DNA of 44,657 bases, taken from positions 1-44,657 of the forward strand of contig RBZT01000539.1 in the NCBI GenBank assembly GCA_003693705.1. The letters are read 5' to 3'. Below, piece after piece: positions 27,660 to 39,033 of this stretch. The position numbers and the translations under genes are program-made. The notes under the pieces are model-generated. The model was not told the origin of the DNA and ran no database searches. It worked only from the letters and a program-made list of their open reading frames with translations. The stretch is from Polymyxa betae A26-41. Its lineage: Eukaryota > Protista > Endomyxa: Phytomyxea. Position 1 is the first letter of the stretch. Each line of letters begins with the position of its first letter.

Positions 27660-28245
27660 ATTTTACGATATGGGCGTCTAAAGTTAAATCTACTTTTAAA
27701 ATGTTTCGCGTATATAATCACCTGGAAGATGATTTCAGAGAAGAAGGGGTAGCAACGCAATCGCTGACGGATCGCATGGAGCTACAAGAACAACTTGCAG
27801 CTGTCCTGTTAGCTACAGTGGAAGAATCAATATGGGCACAATTCAGAATTTAATACATTCTTTAGTGTTATGTGGGCAAAACTCAACAAAGCTTTTGCAA
27901 AAGTTGTTAATCTAAAGGCTGCAACGATGAAAGCAAAGTTCTGGTCGACTATGCTTAGACCTGACCAAAAGATTGCAGATTACTTCTTTGAGAAGCGACT
28001 AATAATGGAATACTTACAAGATAGCAATCATGCAATCTCAAAATATGAGCTCGTTGCTGCAGTTCTCGTAGGCTGAAATAATCAGTACCAAACGGTGGTG
28101 ACGATGTTAGGCGACAACGACAAGTTGACAATTGATAAACTTCAAGATGCATTAGAAGTTGCAGAAGAAACTGCCAAAATGCAATCCGGGCATGTTATGG
28201 TCGCCGCGGCTATGACGCAGCGTGTCTGCAAATATTTCCTGACCG
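27660..28245 (+). mobile_element. Degenerate Ty1/copia-type gag fragment
   Basis: FTIWASKVK...; MWAKLNKAF...MKAKFWST.LRPDQKIADYF...L......ISKYELVAAVLVG*NNQYQTVVTML..DKLTIDKLQDAL matches the Retrotran_gag_2/UBN2 pattern; one frameshift and one in-frame stop. Confidence 0.7.
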
Positions 28246-28249
28246 AAAA

Positions 28250-28839
28250 AGAGCAAGGACTGGGCGGCAGCCAAAAACGTCTACAATGCCGCTTATTGGA
28301 AGGTAGACACACTGGAACATAATTCATATATGTTGAACTGAAGCGCTTTGGCGATAGGCGACAGCCAGGAGTTGACATTTTCGATTTTTTCTCATGTGGT
28401 CGAAACGTTTCACGACTTGCCGAGCCATCTAGACCAAGAACACTATTATCAACAGCTGTACTGCTCATTTCCGTTGATTGATGCACTGACACGTGTCGCC
28501 TCATGTCAGTACACTGTCAGCAGTACGCACCCATTGAGAGGATCTATCAAAAAGGCCCAAGCTATTGCAAATTTGTACCCGAACAACAAGATACCTTATG
28601 TATTTATTGTTCCATCCAATATGATCGAGAATTTCAAAAAACAGCCCAATCCCAAAAATTTTCCTGTCCACCAGTATGCCGCCGGACTCAAAGTTGACAT
28701 TCAAACAATGTCATCAAAAAAACGCGCGCGCAATCGGAGTGCGTTTGGCAACAAACGAGTTCAAAACCGTGGTACAGTTTCTACGGTTCTGGACGCAGTT
28801 TTCGTTTTCTCACAGTTTTCTAGCCAAACACTCCAGTAA
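28250..28839 (+). pseudogene. 3' fragment (REase domain) of a paralog of the CRN-like gene at 42-1921
   Basis: GLGGSQKRLQCRLLEG|DSQELTFS...YYQQLYCSFPLIDALTRVASCQYTVSSTHPL aligns with the reverse strand of 42-530; the homologous intron is kept at 28303-28357. Confidence 0.88.
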
Positions 28840-29104
28840 AAACTACAGTTTCTCAGACGAAGATCCATTTGAACAAATTTGATTTTATTTGTGCTTTTGT
28901 ATGGTGTCTTCGAACTAGTGCATGTCAGCTAATGGAGTGACGAAATATTCAGTTCACACCACATTCCGGCACAATCGTAGCTTTATGCATGAATAAATGA
29001 TGAATCACTGCTTAGCGATGCTGACTCACTGATTTCTGCTCGATAATCGCTAGATTATATCAATGCTTTTTGTCAGTTTATAAAATAGTGGAATTAACAA
29101 TAAG

Positions 29105-29328
29105 ATGCCCCCGAAACGCCGAAATTCGAAGTCGGAAGATCCCAGTTCTACGCCCAGAGCGAACTGGACAGATAAAATGGAGAAGCGGCTAGTTCGACTC
29201 TTGCAGGATGAAATCGATCAAGGACGAGGCTCGGATGGAAACTTCAAGCCAGCTGTTTGGACCAGCATCGTGCAAAAATTCAACAAGAAATTGGAGGTGC
29301 CGTTATCGGCAACTCAAATCAAAGACAA
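29105..29328 (+). mobile_element. Myb/SANT-like DNA-binding exon of the type found in PIF/Harbinger ORF1
   Basis: ANWTDKMEKRLVRLLQDEIDQG..SDGNFKPAVWTSIVQKFN......SATQIKDK (Myb_DNA-bind_3-like pattern). Confidence 0.75.
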
Positions 29329-29329
29329 G

Positions 29330-31948
29330 TGAAAGATTCAATTGAGCATGCTCAATATGTGGCATTTCGCTGCAGATCGGTTTCCCAAACTGGGAAGTCC
29401 TACCAAACTTTCGTGTGTCGCCGATCATGTGAAACCTCTTCAATCCCTAAACAATACGCATTGGGAAATTCTGCGAACGGGAATGCTAGACCAAGTCGTA
29501 GTAAATCCACTTGTAAGATGGATGAGGCCTGTGCCTCTCGTATCATGGCAGTTATCATGCCGAATGGGGAAGTATCCGTTAAATATATCACGCTACACAC
29601 TGGACACGATCCGCAGAATCTTGGAGAGCTGCAGCATTTACGACTCTGTGCTACGATTAGGCGTAAAATAATGATAGATCTGCTCAACAGAATCGACGAA
29701 AGGTCACTTGTCCGCTCCATCAATCAGGGTTTGAGAGACAGAAATCATCGCGAAGAAGAATTATCGGTTTGTTAATTTCAATTTACTGTAATTTCGAATG
29801 ACGTCGACTGCCTATAGGAAGCTGGGCGAAACGAATGGGTCTCACTCAAAGACGTCATCAATATAAAGTCTCGACTGGATGGGCGCGGTAATGATGCAAT
29901 CCGCACTGACATATACATTATGGCACGAAAAGAAGAAAGATACGATTCGGTCATTGTCTATAAGCGTAAGCAAGCTGTCAAAACAGCGAACCTTCTACTT
30001 TTTTGAGAAAAAGCATCTGGTGTGGATGATACCACTGATTTCGGATTTACACAACAAGACTTCTTTCTTGTGATTCAGACCCGTTTCATGGCGGAACTCC
30101 TTCTAATGTAACGGACATTTTTTATCTTCATTGATTCTCCATTCTTGATGTTACTCCGTATATGTATACTAAGTCACTACAATGGCAAGTCATTGTTGAA
30201 CATATCGAAACTTTTGGAATTTAATCTATTTAACATAATTACAAAAAAAGCTTCATCCACAAAAATGTTGCTGATTAAGAAATGAATTTAGATTCGGAGA
30301 AAGAGTATTGGTTATTGATTCCACACATAATACAAATCAATATGGATGCAAACTTATAACCATAGTGGTCGTCGATCCGCACAGTAACAAATGCTATCCT
30401 GCTGTTGTTTGTATCAGTTCGAAAGAAAATTCCAAAGATTTGTCTGCTCTTTGGAATACAATCAAGGTGCGTAAAGCAGCAAAACTAGTCCAAAGAAAAA
30501 CTTTGTAAACCACTTATAGAATCGCTATCCACGATTTCAACCGCAAATCCTCCTGCAGGACGATGACATTGTGCCCTGGAACGAAGCTCTTCTGGTATTT
30601 CCCTCCCTAAAGAATCGTTACTTATGCGTCTGGCACGTTGATCAAAACTGGAAAAAGCAAATGTATGACAATCCGGTATGCGAAAAATACTTGCAATACA
30701 ATCATTTTGTAGTTAAAAAAAGGGGTGCAACGCCAACACCAAAGCTATATTTCCCAATAGCTGAAGAAAATTCGAACTGATCGAAACATAGAAATTGTTG
30801 AAAAAACGATTTCAGAGTTTGTGGAACACTGGTCCGGGAAGGAGCCGGAGTTTGTAAATATTTTGTTTCAAGTTACGTCGATCGGAAAGAGCAATGGGCC
30901 GTATGCTATCGGGACTTATCCATCCCTGATAAAACAGCTCTCGCTGAGGCTTTTCACAACTTGCTCAAATGGGTCTATTCAAATAAGCGAAATCGGTATA
31001 TGAGAAATCTGCTCGAAAAGCTTATGCAAATTGAAGAAGATTATTTCATCAAATATAACGCGTTAAAAACCGCAAACTCCGAGATGAGTGCTGATGCCCT
31101 GTTGTAGGAACGAACTGAACTTACTTCCAGGAGCAGGTTGCAGCGCCAATCTGAAAAGGCGAATTAAGCAGGTTTTAACGATGAAACCGGAGCATGTAAT
31201 GAAAGTTCCTTTCGAATCTGAAACGGAGTCATATTATGTTGACGGAAAAGAACAGAAATACCTTGTGAAGAGATTGCCAGGAATAATCAACGGGACCTAT
31301 CCTGTCATCAGTTCGAAGAAGAAAATAGCGATTCGGACTGTTTAGTGGAATCGTGCAAGACTTACACAATATTTAACGCTTGTCAGCATACTTTTGGATG
31401 CGAATGTGTTGACTATACAAAGGGAAACGACCTGCAAACATATTCTGCTTGGTAATGGATTTCAACCAAATGTAAATAATCTGACATTGAAAGATACAGT
31501 CGCTGATGTCCTGGAACTTTGGGATTCTACAACCATTAAAATTGGCGGCAATTCTTCGAACAGAACATGTTGAAAGGAATACGGAGCAGTCGCAATAGGA
31601 AAACTTGGCTGAAAAGCTCTTAAAAAATATCTGGCCGTTATTTCTAAGAATTCAGGATTAGTGCAGCGTATTTTATGCACAGATAACTCACACAATCCCA
31701 GAAGCTTGGAAGTACTTAAAGAATGTGTGAACCGGTCACAGCAAGATCAAATGATGCTTAATGCATTGCTCAAACAAACTGATAGCGCTGTCCCAGTTCC
31801 AGAATTTAGCCAAAACGACGTCCAGATTTTTGGGCAAAGAGCTGCCTATCAATCGCAGCTACGCGCACCATGGCCCACTAGAAGCAATCGTTCAGGGCGG
31901 CCACATGAGCTTGAGCAACGCATTACTGAGAATCGGTTATATAACTAG
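29330..31948 (+). mobile_element. Mutator-like (MULE) DDE transposase, intron-containing and frameshifted
   Basis: N-terminal zinc finger (VCRRS...ACASRI...HTGHD); first Asp in VIDSTHNTNQYG; second Asp in LLQDDD; LCVWH (CxxH); Glu in AEAFHNLLK; SWIM-like C.C.D..KG..CKH broken by a frameshift near 31425; another frameshift near 30857. Confidence 0.88.
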
Positions 31949-32186
31949 GCCAGAGGTGGCCTACCAGTTTGCACGACCTGCACCTCTACTGGCAACAGCA
32001 CAGTTACAGGACACAGCCGACTCATCTCGCTAGCCGTTCTTTGTGCGAAGTGATCCTCTCCAGCAGAACTCTCGAGAGCGGCCGCGGAATTGAACACTTT
32101 ACACGCAATGATCGAATCGGATTTAATGAACGGGCGCTTCTAATACACGAAACAACGAGTTATAGAAGTATGAAGTTATTAAATAA

Positions 32187-33303
32187 GGCTACTATTAATT
32201 TGACCTACGATTGCTCTACGCTCTACGGATTGATCTACTCCGCGCACATTCGATTTTGCTCTACAAAATGATCTACTTTCTCGAAACTGATCTAATTTTG
32301 ACCTACTCCATTTTGATCTACAAATTGATCTACTAAACCCTAACCCTAACATAATTTGCGAATAGATTTGAATGCACGGCTGCTTTTCAGTCGTCATATA
32401 TCATAGTGCCTCCAACTTTTGTCAGTTTTGGGATTTGTCAATCGAAGTTTCAGCTGTTGGTCTCCAATTGATATCAAGGTCAGAGACAGAAGACTCGACA
32501 TTCCACAACCTACCATGACACACTGCGAAATACTTCACTGTGAATGTGTGTATTGATTTGATTTGTCCGCCTGCGTTTGTTGCCACGAACTGCATTATAC
32601 TAACGGATAAATGACAGGTTAGCAAAATTTCAAACATCACACCCAGTTGTTTGAAAATCTTGTAATAACAGATGGCAGAAGACGACAGCGACGCTGCGGA
32701 TCCTGCTCGAGATTAAGGCAATACGGCCGGCTGCAAGTTTAGGTTGTCGGGAGACCTGTCGAGCCCTGTTACTAAAGAGCTTGTAAAATATATATAAACA
32801 CTCACTTTCTGTTACAGTATTCGCTTCGTCGACGAGGATTGTAGCAAAACTACAATGCCCGATAACGTCTCGACTTTTAGCTCCGAGTCCCAATTAAGAA
32901 AAACAGCAAAAAACATTTCCGTTAAGTCGCGCCACGAATATCTGCATCAGCAGATAATTAAGCATCAGCCGAATTATCTGCATTTTGGTCACATTGTCAC
33001 CGAGAAATTGCATCGAAATTATATATACCAGGCCACAAATTCATGAAAGTTTACAAAATCGGGTTAGGGTTTAATGGGTTTAGTAGATCAATTTGTAGAG
33101 CAAATTGGTGATAGTAGATCAATTTGTAGGTCGCAATTAACTGTCCGTGGAGTAGGTCAAAAATAGATCATTTTCGAGGAAGTAGATCATTTTGTAGGTC
33201 TATTGTCTCATTTCCGTGAAAATAGATCAATTTTTAGAGCAATAGAAAAGTGCGTGGAGTAGATCAATCCGTAGAGCAATCGTAGGTCAAAGTAAAATTT
33301 CCC
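32187..33303. mobile_element. Non-autonomous fold-back TIR element (MULE-like) with long imperfect TIRs made of gatctac/gacctac subrepeats and ending internally in telomere-like repeats
   Basis: The left arm 32199-32349 (tttgacctacgattgctctacg...ctaaaccctaaccctaa) is the reverse complement of the right arm 33061-33290 (gggttagggttt...cgtagagcaatcgtaggtcaaa). Both termini start with GG; no TSD is visible. Confidence 0.8.
32640..32900 (-). pseudogene. Degenerate fragment of an Upf1/Sen1-like SF1 helicase inside the TIR element
   Basis: FATILVDEANTVTESE (motif II, DEAxxxxE) and, in another frame, RCRLLPSVITRFSN resembling QYRMHPxIxxFxN. Confidence 0.5.
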
Positions 33304-33354
33304 GGATTTAGCTAGACGCCCCATCACTTCTCTCATCGTTGTTGTCGTGAGATC

Positions 33355-34668
33355 ATGACGGCGATCCTAATTGTAACGCTGGCCTTGGTGGCGGTGTCGG
33401 CCATGGACCTCGAGCCTGCCGGCGGCCACTCGGAAGGCATCGCGGACCCGGAACCTGCCCGCACTCCGAACGAAATCCGAAAAGACCGTCCTCCTCACGA
33501 GATTCTGGAGGCTGTCGTCCGCCATACCCGCCCGGACCCGCTCCTTATCACAAGGCTCGCGCTGGTCGACAAAACCCATTTCGAATTTGTCCGGGACATC
33601 CTCCGCCTGAGCCGGATCGTTATCCAGCTATCAACTTCTGAAAAAAACTTCATCCGCGACATCAAATGGCTGATCTATATGCAGAGAGCGGCCTCGGAAT
33701 TTCGCCATTCTGAGGGATCTCTTAACAGAAGAGGCTGCGCCTCTGTTCATGTATAGGCTCCTGTCCATCGCTATAGAACAGCCTGAATTGATCATGAACC
33801 TATTCGACGTGATCGGGCAAATCGAATCCGTGGCCGAACTGACCCCCGGCTGGGTCGCTTTCATCAACCTCTATGTCTGGGTGATGGCTGTAAACGACGA
33901 TCACCCCGTGAACGTCATGTGTCGCCATCTGCTGAGCAAGTCGCCGGCCACGCCCATCTCCCTCTCTATAAGCGACATTCCTGTCGCTATTCTCGATACA
34001 ATCCGGACCTTTGAAGGCCCGTCGATCCGACCGTGGCTACCAGACCCCTTCGCAAAGATCGATCTGCAATATCTGGCGGACGCCCTGTCTGCCATCTGCA
34101 TTGAGCATGACACCAAATCCGATCACGGCCCGTACTGGCCCGCAAGCTGCTCTTTCTCGGCACGCCGATCAGTCTGGAACGGATGACGATCGCGGAGTTC
34201 ACGGCCGCCGACCTTTGCGCCCTGCTGCCGTTCGTCTTTTGCCTGGACACGGCGCTCGCCAGCCAGATCGACGATCTCATCCGATCGGGGCGCGCCGAGC
34301 TCATCGCCGTCGTATTGCGCTCGGAGGCGTTCTTCTCGCCGCCCTTCGGCCAATTCGCAACCCTGTGCTGGTCGTTGCAGAAAATCGTTCGCTCGCTGAT
34401 CCAGGCCCCGGGCCAGCACGCCCTGCTACGCATGCTGCTGGAAGCGCCGCTGCCGGACGGTTGGGTTGCCGCAGTCGAGTCGCGGCCTGAAGGCCCGATT
34501 CTGCACCAGGCCGTGAAGGCGGGGAACGCGGATGCTGTTCGCGTCCTGCTGGAGTTCCCGGACTTGATTAAGAGTGTTAATAGGGACTGTTGGACGGCTC
34601 GGTCTTATGCTGAGCCAGGTTCGGAGATCGCTAGATTGTTGTACGACTTTTCTGTATTGTATGAATAA
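33355..34668 (+). pseudogene. Secreted F-box-like/ankyrin-repeat protein, copy A (two frameshifts)
   Basis: Signal peptide MTAILIVTLALVAVSA; PHEILEAVV..DPLLITRLALVDK; C-terminal ankyrin GPILHQAVKAGNADAVRVLL. Frameshifts near 33678 and 34114 are deduced by aligning with copy B. Confidence 0.8.
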
Positions 34669-34799
34669 AGCTCCATATATAATACATCTGTATTATTCAG
34701 AGGACGAGTTTATTATGCTGTGTGTTATGCGTAGTTGGAACTCTGCCATATTATGGAGCTACAATCTGAATGGCACAGATACCGGCACCAACTAGGGTT

Positions 34800-36060
34800 T
34801 TATTCAGATAATACAGTAGCAAGCAGTGTATCAATCTCCGAGCCTGGCTCAGTATAAGACCGAGCCGTCCGACCATCGTTATCGACGATATCGGTCTGAA
34901 TCAAGTCCGGAAACTCCAGCAGGACGCGAACAGCGTCCGCATTCCACGCCTTCACGCCCTGGTGTAGAATCGGGCCATCAGGCCACGACCCGACTTTGGC
35001 AACCCAGCCATGCGGCAGCGGCGCTTCCAGCAGCATGCGTAGCAGGGCGTGCTGGCCCGGGGCTTCGATCAGTGCGCCGACGATTTTCTGCAGCGACCAG
35101 CACAGGGTTGTAAATTGGCAGAAGGGCTGAAAGAAGAACGCCTCCGATCACACGACGACGGCGACGAGATCGGCGCGCCCCGATTCGATCAGGTCGTCAA
35201 TCTGTTCGGCGAGCGCTCGGACGACGTTCAGGGCGAACGGCAGCAGGGCGCGCAGCTGCGTCGTCGTGAACGCCGCGATCTTCACCGTGGTCAGTTGGAT
35301 CGGCGACCCGACGAACAGCAGCTGGCGGGCCAGTACGGCGGGCCGCGATCGGATCTGGTCGCCGTGCATGGTGGCGATTTCTTCGGCGAGATCGAAAATC
35401 GACAACGTCGTGGTCTTTGTGAAGGGGTCGGGTAGCGGTCCTCGGCCCGAAAGGCCGCTCGGAATCAGGTCGTCGTACTGCCCGATTGTGTAAGATCGCG
35501 ACGATAGACGGACGAGGTCGCGATCTTGCTCAGAACATGAAGACAGAGGGGCCTCATGGAGGTGGTGGCTTCGCCGACGGACAGCCAGAAGCTAAAGTGG
35601 ACGACGACGAGGACCCAGCCGGGCGTCAATTCGGTCACGGATTCGATTTGCCCGATCACATCGAATAGGTTCATGATCAATTCAGGCTGCTGTATAACGA
35701 TGGACAGGACAGGAGCCTATACATGAACAGAGGCGCAGCCTCTTCTGTTAAGAGATCTCTCAGAATGGCGATATTACGAGGCCGCTCTCTGCATATATTG
35801 ATCAGCCATTTGATGTCGCGGATGAAATTGTCTGTGGACTTCGGCAGCTGAGTAATGATCCGGCTCAGGGGGAGGATGTCCCGGACTAATTCGAAATGGG
35901 TTTTGTCGACCAGGGCGATCTTTGGGATTAGGAAGGGGTCCGGGCGGGCATGATGGACTACAGCCTCCAGAATCTCGTGAGGAGACGAGTCCTCTATGCG
36001 GTCTCGTTTCAGGGCGGACGCCGCCGCCACGATCAACGCCGCAATTAGGACCGCTCTCAT
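34800..36060 (-). pseudogene. Secreted F-box-like/ankyrin-repeat protein, copy B (convergent with A; disrupted)
   Basis: MRAVLIAALIVAAASA; SPHEILEAVV..KIALVDK; ankyrin LHQGVKAWNADAVRVLL..DNDGRTA. A 5-nt duplication near 35705, an indel near 35500 and a premature TGA at 35148-35150. Confidence 0.8.
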
Positions 36061-37096
36061 GATCTCAGGACAGTATTCGGAGCCGGTGTGGAACTTGTAG
36101 GTAACGTAATAGCAGCGCGTAGGTAACTTAATAACCGAGCGTAGGTAACGAGAGACAGAGAGCAGGGATGTAGAATCGATGGTTGAAATTCAACAAAATT
36201 GCCGGACCGGACTCACGGACTGCGTGAGACCGGATGGACAGACTGTTAGTTCTGAGCATCGTTGATTGGTCAATTTTCATTCCCTCCTTCAACCGACGAT
36301 TCCACGAGGACGCTTTTCAGATAGAGATCGTTGGCTGATGAGGCCGCTGTTAACACCCTCAATGAATTCAGATCCGCCTTAATGTTAGGGTTAGGGTTTT
36401 CCAACTCGAATAGAAGTCAGATTCCGTTGCTGGAAATGAACGTGGTGGGATTGCACAAGATTCCGGGAGCTATCTTTCACGGGCTGTAGTAAGATCCGGG
36501 AGCGACCCAAATACACCAGAACATTAACAGAAGCTGTCGCCATAGTGCTTGACTCAAGAGCAGACGGAAACAGTCTAACGACATAGGGTTAGGGTTTGCT
36601 GTATCCTGCTATGAAACAGAGATTATCGGCGGATTAGATTCGATCCTTTCCCTACAACCTTCTGAGCGGCAGATTCATAAAAGTTCAGATGAAATGAAAT
36701 ACAAAAGATGGACGAAATACGCTGCTGATCTGCAGTAAGTATTTCCTTTCATAATTCACTATAGCGATGATCGATTCGTGCGGAAAGCGCAACCTCCTGC
36801 TGGATTCGGGTATCGCCGAGCCGGTCGCCCATNNNNNNNNNNNNNNNNNNNNNNNNNNNNNNNNNNNNNNNNNNNNNNNNNNNNNNNNNNNNNNCTCATG
36901 ATGCTGATTTGCAGCGAACGAAGAAAGTTGCGCTAAATCCGTGACGGAGTTTCGGTTACAACTTCTTTTGTCCCGCTATCCCTCCCAGCTGCGCATGTTT
37001 CTAAATCAAGATTAGGGATGCTTTTCAAAAAAANNNNNNNNNNNNNNNNNNNNNNNNNNNNNNNNNNNNNNNNNNNNNNNNNNNNNNNTCCTCGAC

Positions 37097-38110
37097 ATGA
37101 AGGCCGCCGCCCAGCTCGTGGTCGTAGTGGTCCTGGCCAGCGCCGCCGCCGCCGCTACCGAGTCGCAGTTCGACCGTCTCCCGGACGCACTCGTCGAGAG
37201 CATTCTGGCCCGGGATTCGACCGCGGCGGCCAGTACGACCGTGCGGGTGTGTCGGAGATTCCGCGTCCTGTCCAAGACTCCGATCTCGGAGCTGTATGAT
37301 GGACGTTTTCCGGACTCGGAATTGCTCCGGCGGTTCCACGAGGCGATGAACTTCATTGCGGAGAAGGCGATTCCGGCGCAGGTCTTCAGTCCGCAGCTGA
37401 CCGTGTCCCTGTACGACCGCCTCATTAACAGTGAGCATTTGACGGACAGCGAGAAAGCCGAAGCACTGAAACTCCTGATTGAGACGATTTCTGCGGATTT
37501 GATCACTGGTTTGTTGGCGTCAAATTCGGATCTGAAATCGGAACCATTTCTGCAATTATTCCGGAATTATAAACAGCAGCTGGAGTCGCCTCATCATATT
37601 CCTGCGGAGGTTATCGAATCGCTTCACCCTGCTCGGATAGAGAACGATACTCACGGGTTCTCCGAGGAGATCGTATCCGAAGTCCGTGGTCGATATCCTC
37701 CTCCATTCGATCTGTTCTTCCCACATGGACCTGATTCCTGCCTTCTCGATGAATTCCCGAGAGATTCGAATCCGTTGGCGGATCCGTCTGTCCTACTGGC
37801 TCTGCTCTATCAAGGAGTCCGCTTCAACATTCACGACTTTTGCAATTCTGTATCTCTCTCAGCTGATCAAATTCCGGACATCATTCCACTGTTACATTCA
37901 CAGAATCTCGACCTTCTCGATACCCTTTTTGACTTCTTCGATCATGAAGAACTGGCTGAAGCTCGGGCGATGTTTCGCATTCCCATCGTGCGTCGTTTAA
38001 TTCTCTCCAATACGGAATATTTCTTGGAAAAACTCCTCAGCCTCTATCGTCGTACCGATCCTTGGTGTGCATACCCCATCACCCTACTCCGACTCGTCAC
38101 CGGCCACTGA
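37097..38110 (+). CDS. Intronless secreted protein with an N-terminal F-box-like motif (337 aa)
   Basis: Signal peptide MKAAAQLVVVVVLASAAAA followed by FDRLPDALVESIL.......VRVCRRFR; uninterrupted ORF; the 3' end may be truncated by the retroelement remnant next to it. Confidence 0.75.
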   Translation: MKAAAQLVVVVVLASAAAAATESQFDRLPDALVESILARDSTAAASTTVRVCRRFRVLSKTPISELYDGRFPDSELLRRFHEAMNFIAEKAIPAQVFSPQLTVSLYDRLINSEHLTDSEKAEALKLLIETISADLITGLLASNSDLKSEPFLQLFRNYKQQLESPHHIPAEVIESLHPARIENDTHGFSEEIVSEVRGRYPPPFDLFFPHGPDSCLLDEFPRDSNPLADPSVLLALLYQGVRFNIHDFCNSVSLSADQIPDIIPLLHSQNLDLLDTLFDFFDHEELAEARAMFRIPIVRRLILSNTEYFLEKLLSLYRRTDPWCAYPITLLRLVTGH

Positions 38111-38159
38111 GCCCGACAACGTGGAAATGCCGACTGCCCAACGACGTCGTCGCCGTGAA

Positions 38160-38255
38160 GAGAGTCTTACAGTACGATACCTGAAAGGGACGAGAAGCCA
38201 CGGTATAAAGTTTGCGAGGGCTGCGCACCAGGAGGCCGATTTGGCGTCTCCTTAA
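38160..38255 (+). mobile_element. Copia-type pol (RT/RNase H junction) fragment
   Basis: VRYLKGTRSHGIKF matches the copia motif LRYLKGTxxxGIxY. Confidence 0.55.
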
Positions 38256-38363
38256 TGGTAGCCTTGACTGCGGATGATTGTGTGACAGTCATGATCCATA
38301 TCGAGACGGAACTCTGAAATCAGTTCATCTTTCAGACGAGACGGAACATTTCAGCTCCTAAAT

Positions 38364-38378
38364 GCTCTGATACCACTG
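38364..38378 (-). mobile_element. LTR-retrotransposon primer-binding site (tRNA-iMet) just after a putative LTR ..CA end
   Basis: The minus strand reads ...agaCA-g-TGGTATCAGAGC. Confidence 0.65.
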
Positions 38379-39033
38379 TCTATGCTGAAGTCTTCGAGAA
38401 TCTCGTGAACAATCTCCTATGTGCTGATCGAGTTATGTGGACGCGAGAAGTAGGGATAATCTTCTAAAACTCTTTACAAGCTCCAGTCAATCCAGTTTTC
38501 GCTCCCAAAAACCCTTTCAAAACTCGTGATGATCAACCATCTAGCATCAAAGCCATGGATTTCATCAGCAATGGCCTGAAACTTTGATTTATCAACAATA
38601 AACTCATAGCAAACAACCACAAAACACAGATTTGGCGGCTCGTAACCTGGATCAATCGCTCTTAAGAAAGTTGAGAGCAATTCGTTTTCCATAATGCTGA
38701 ATGATTGCTTATCATCAACATCCAGTGTCAGATTATCAATCGGAGGTCGCTGCGGATCAACGATGGTTCCAGCGCTACAAAAGGTCGATTGCCGATGTCC
38801 ATTTCGATCTGGCACCAAATGTGAGCAGCCTTCATGTGTCACTTTAATGTGATGTTCCCAGTTGGCTGCCCGAACTGTGTAGGGTTTCGTGGAAAGGTAG
38901 TTTAAACATATTTTGATATGAGGGATGTCACGAGACCTACAGTATGGACTTAACAGGCGCCAGCCTTTTAAAGAATGAGTTAAGTCCGTGATGTCGAAAA
39001 CCCTAACCCAATCCAGTTAGAGTCTCATCGATT

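Noticed and set aside
32178-33312. 9-bp target-site duplication for the TIR element
   Set aside because: The flanks (attaaataa versus ggatttagc) do not match, so the MULE assignment rests on TIR structure and proximity to the transposase only
33670-34120. Programmed frameshifting or stop-codon reassignment as an explanation for the broken ORFs
   Set aside because: The lesions differ between paralogs, lack slippery motifs and include TAA, TAG and TGA, while the core genes use standard stops
33987-35435. Long antisense or overlapping ORFs over the F-box/ankyrin copies (also 37012-37506 and 39756-40151)
   Set aside because: Shadow ORFs expected from GC-rich coding sequence
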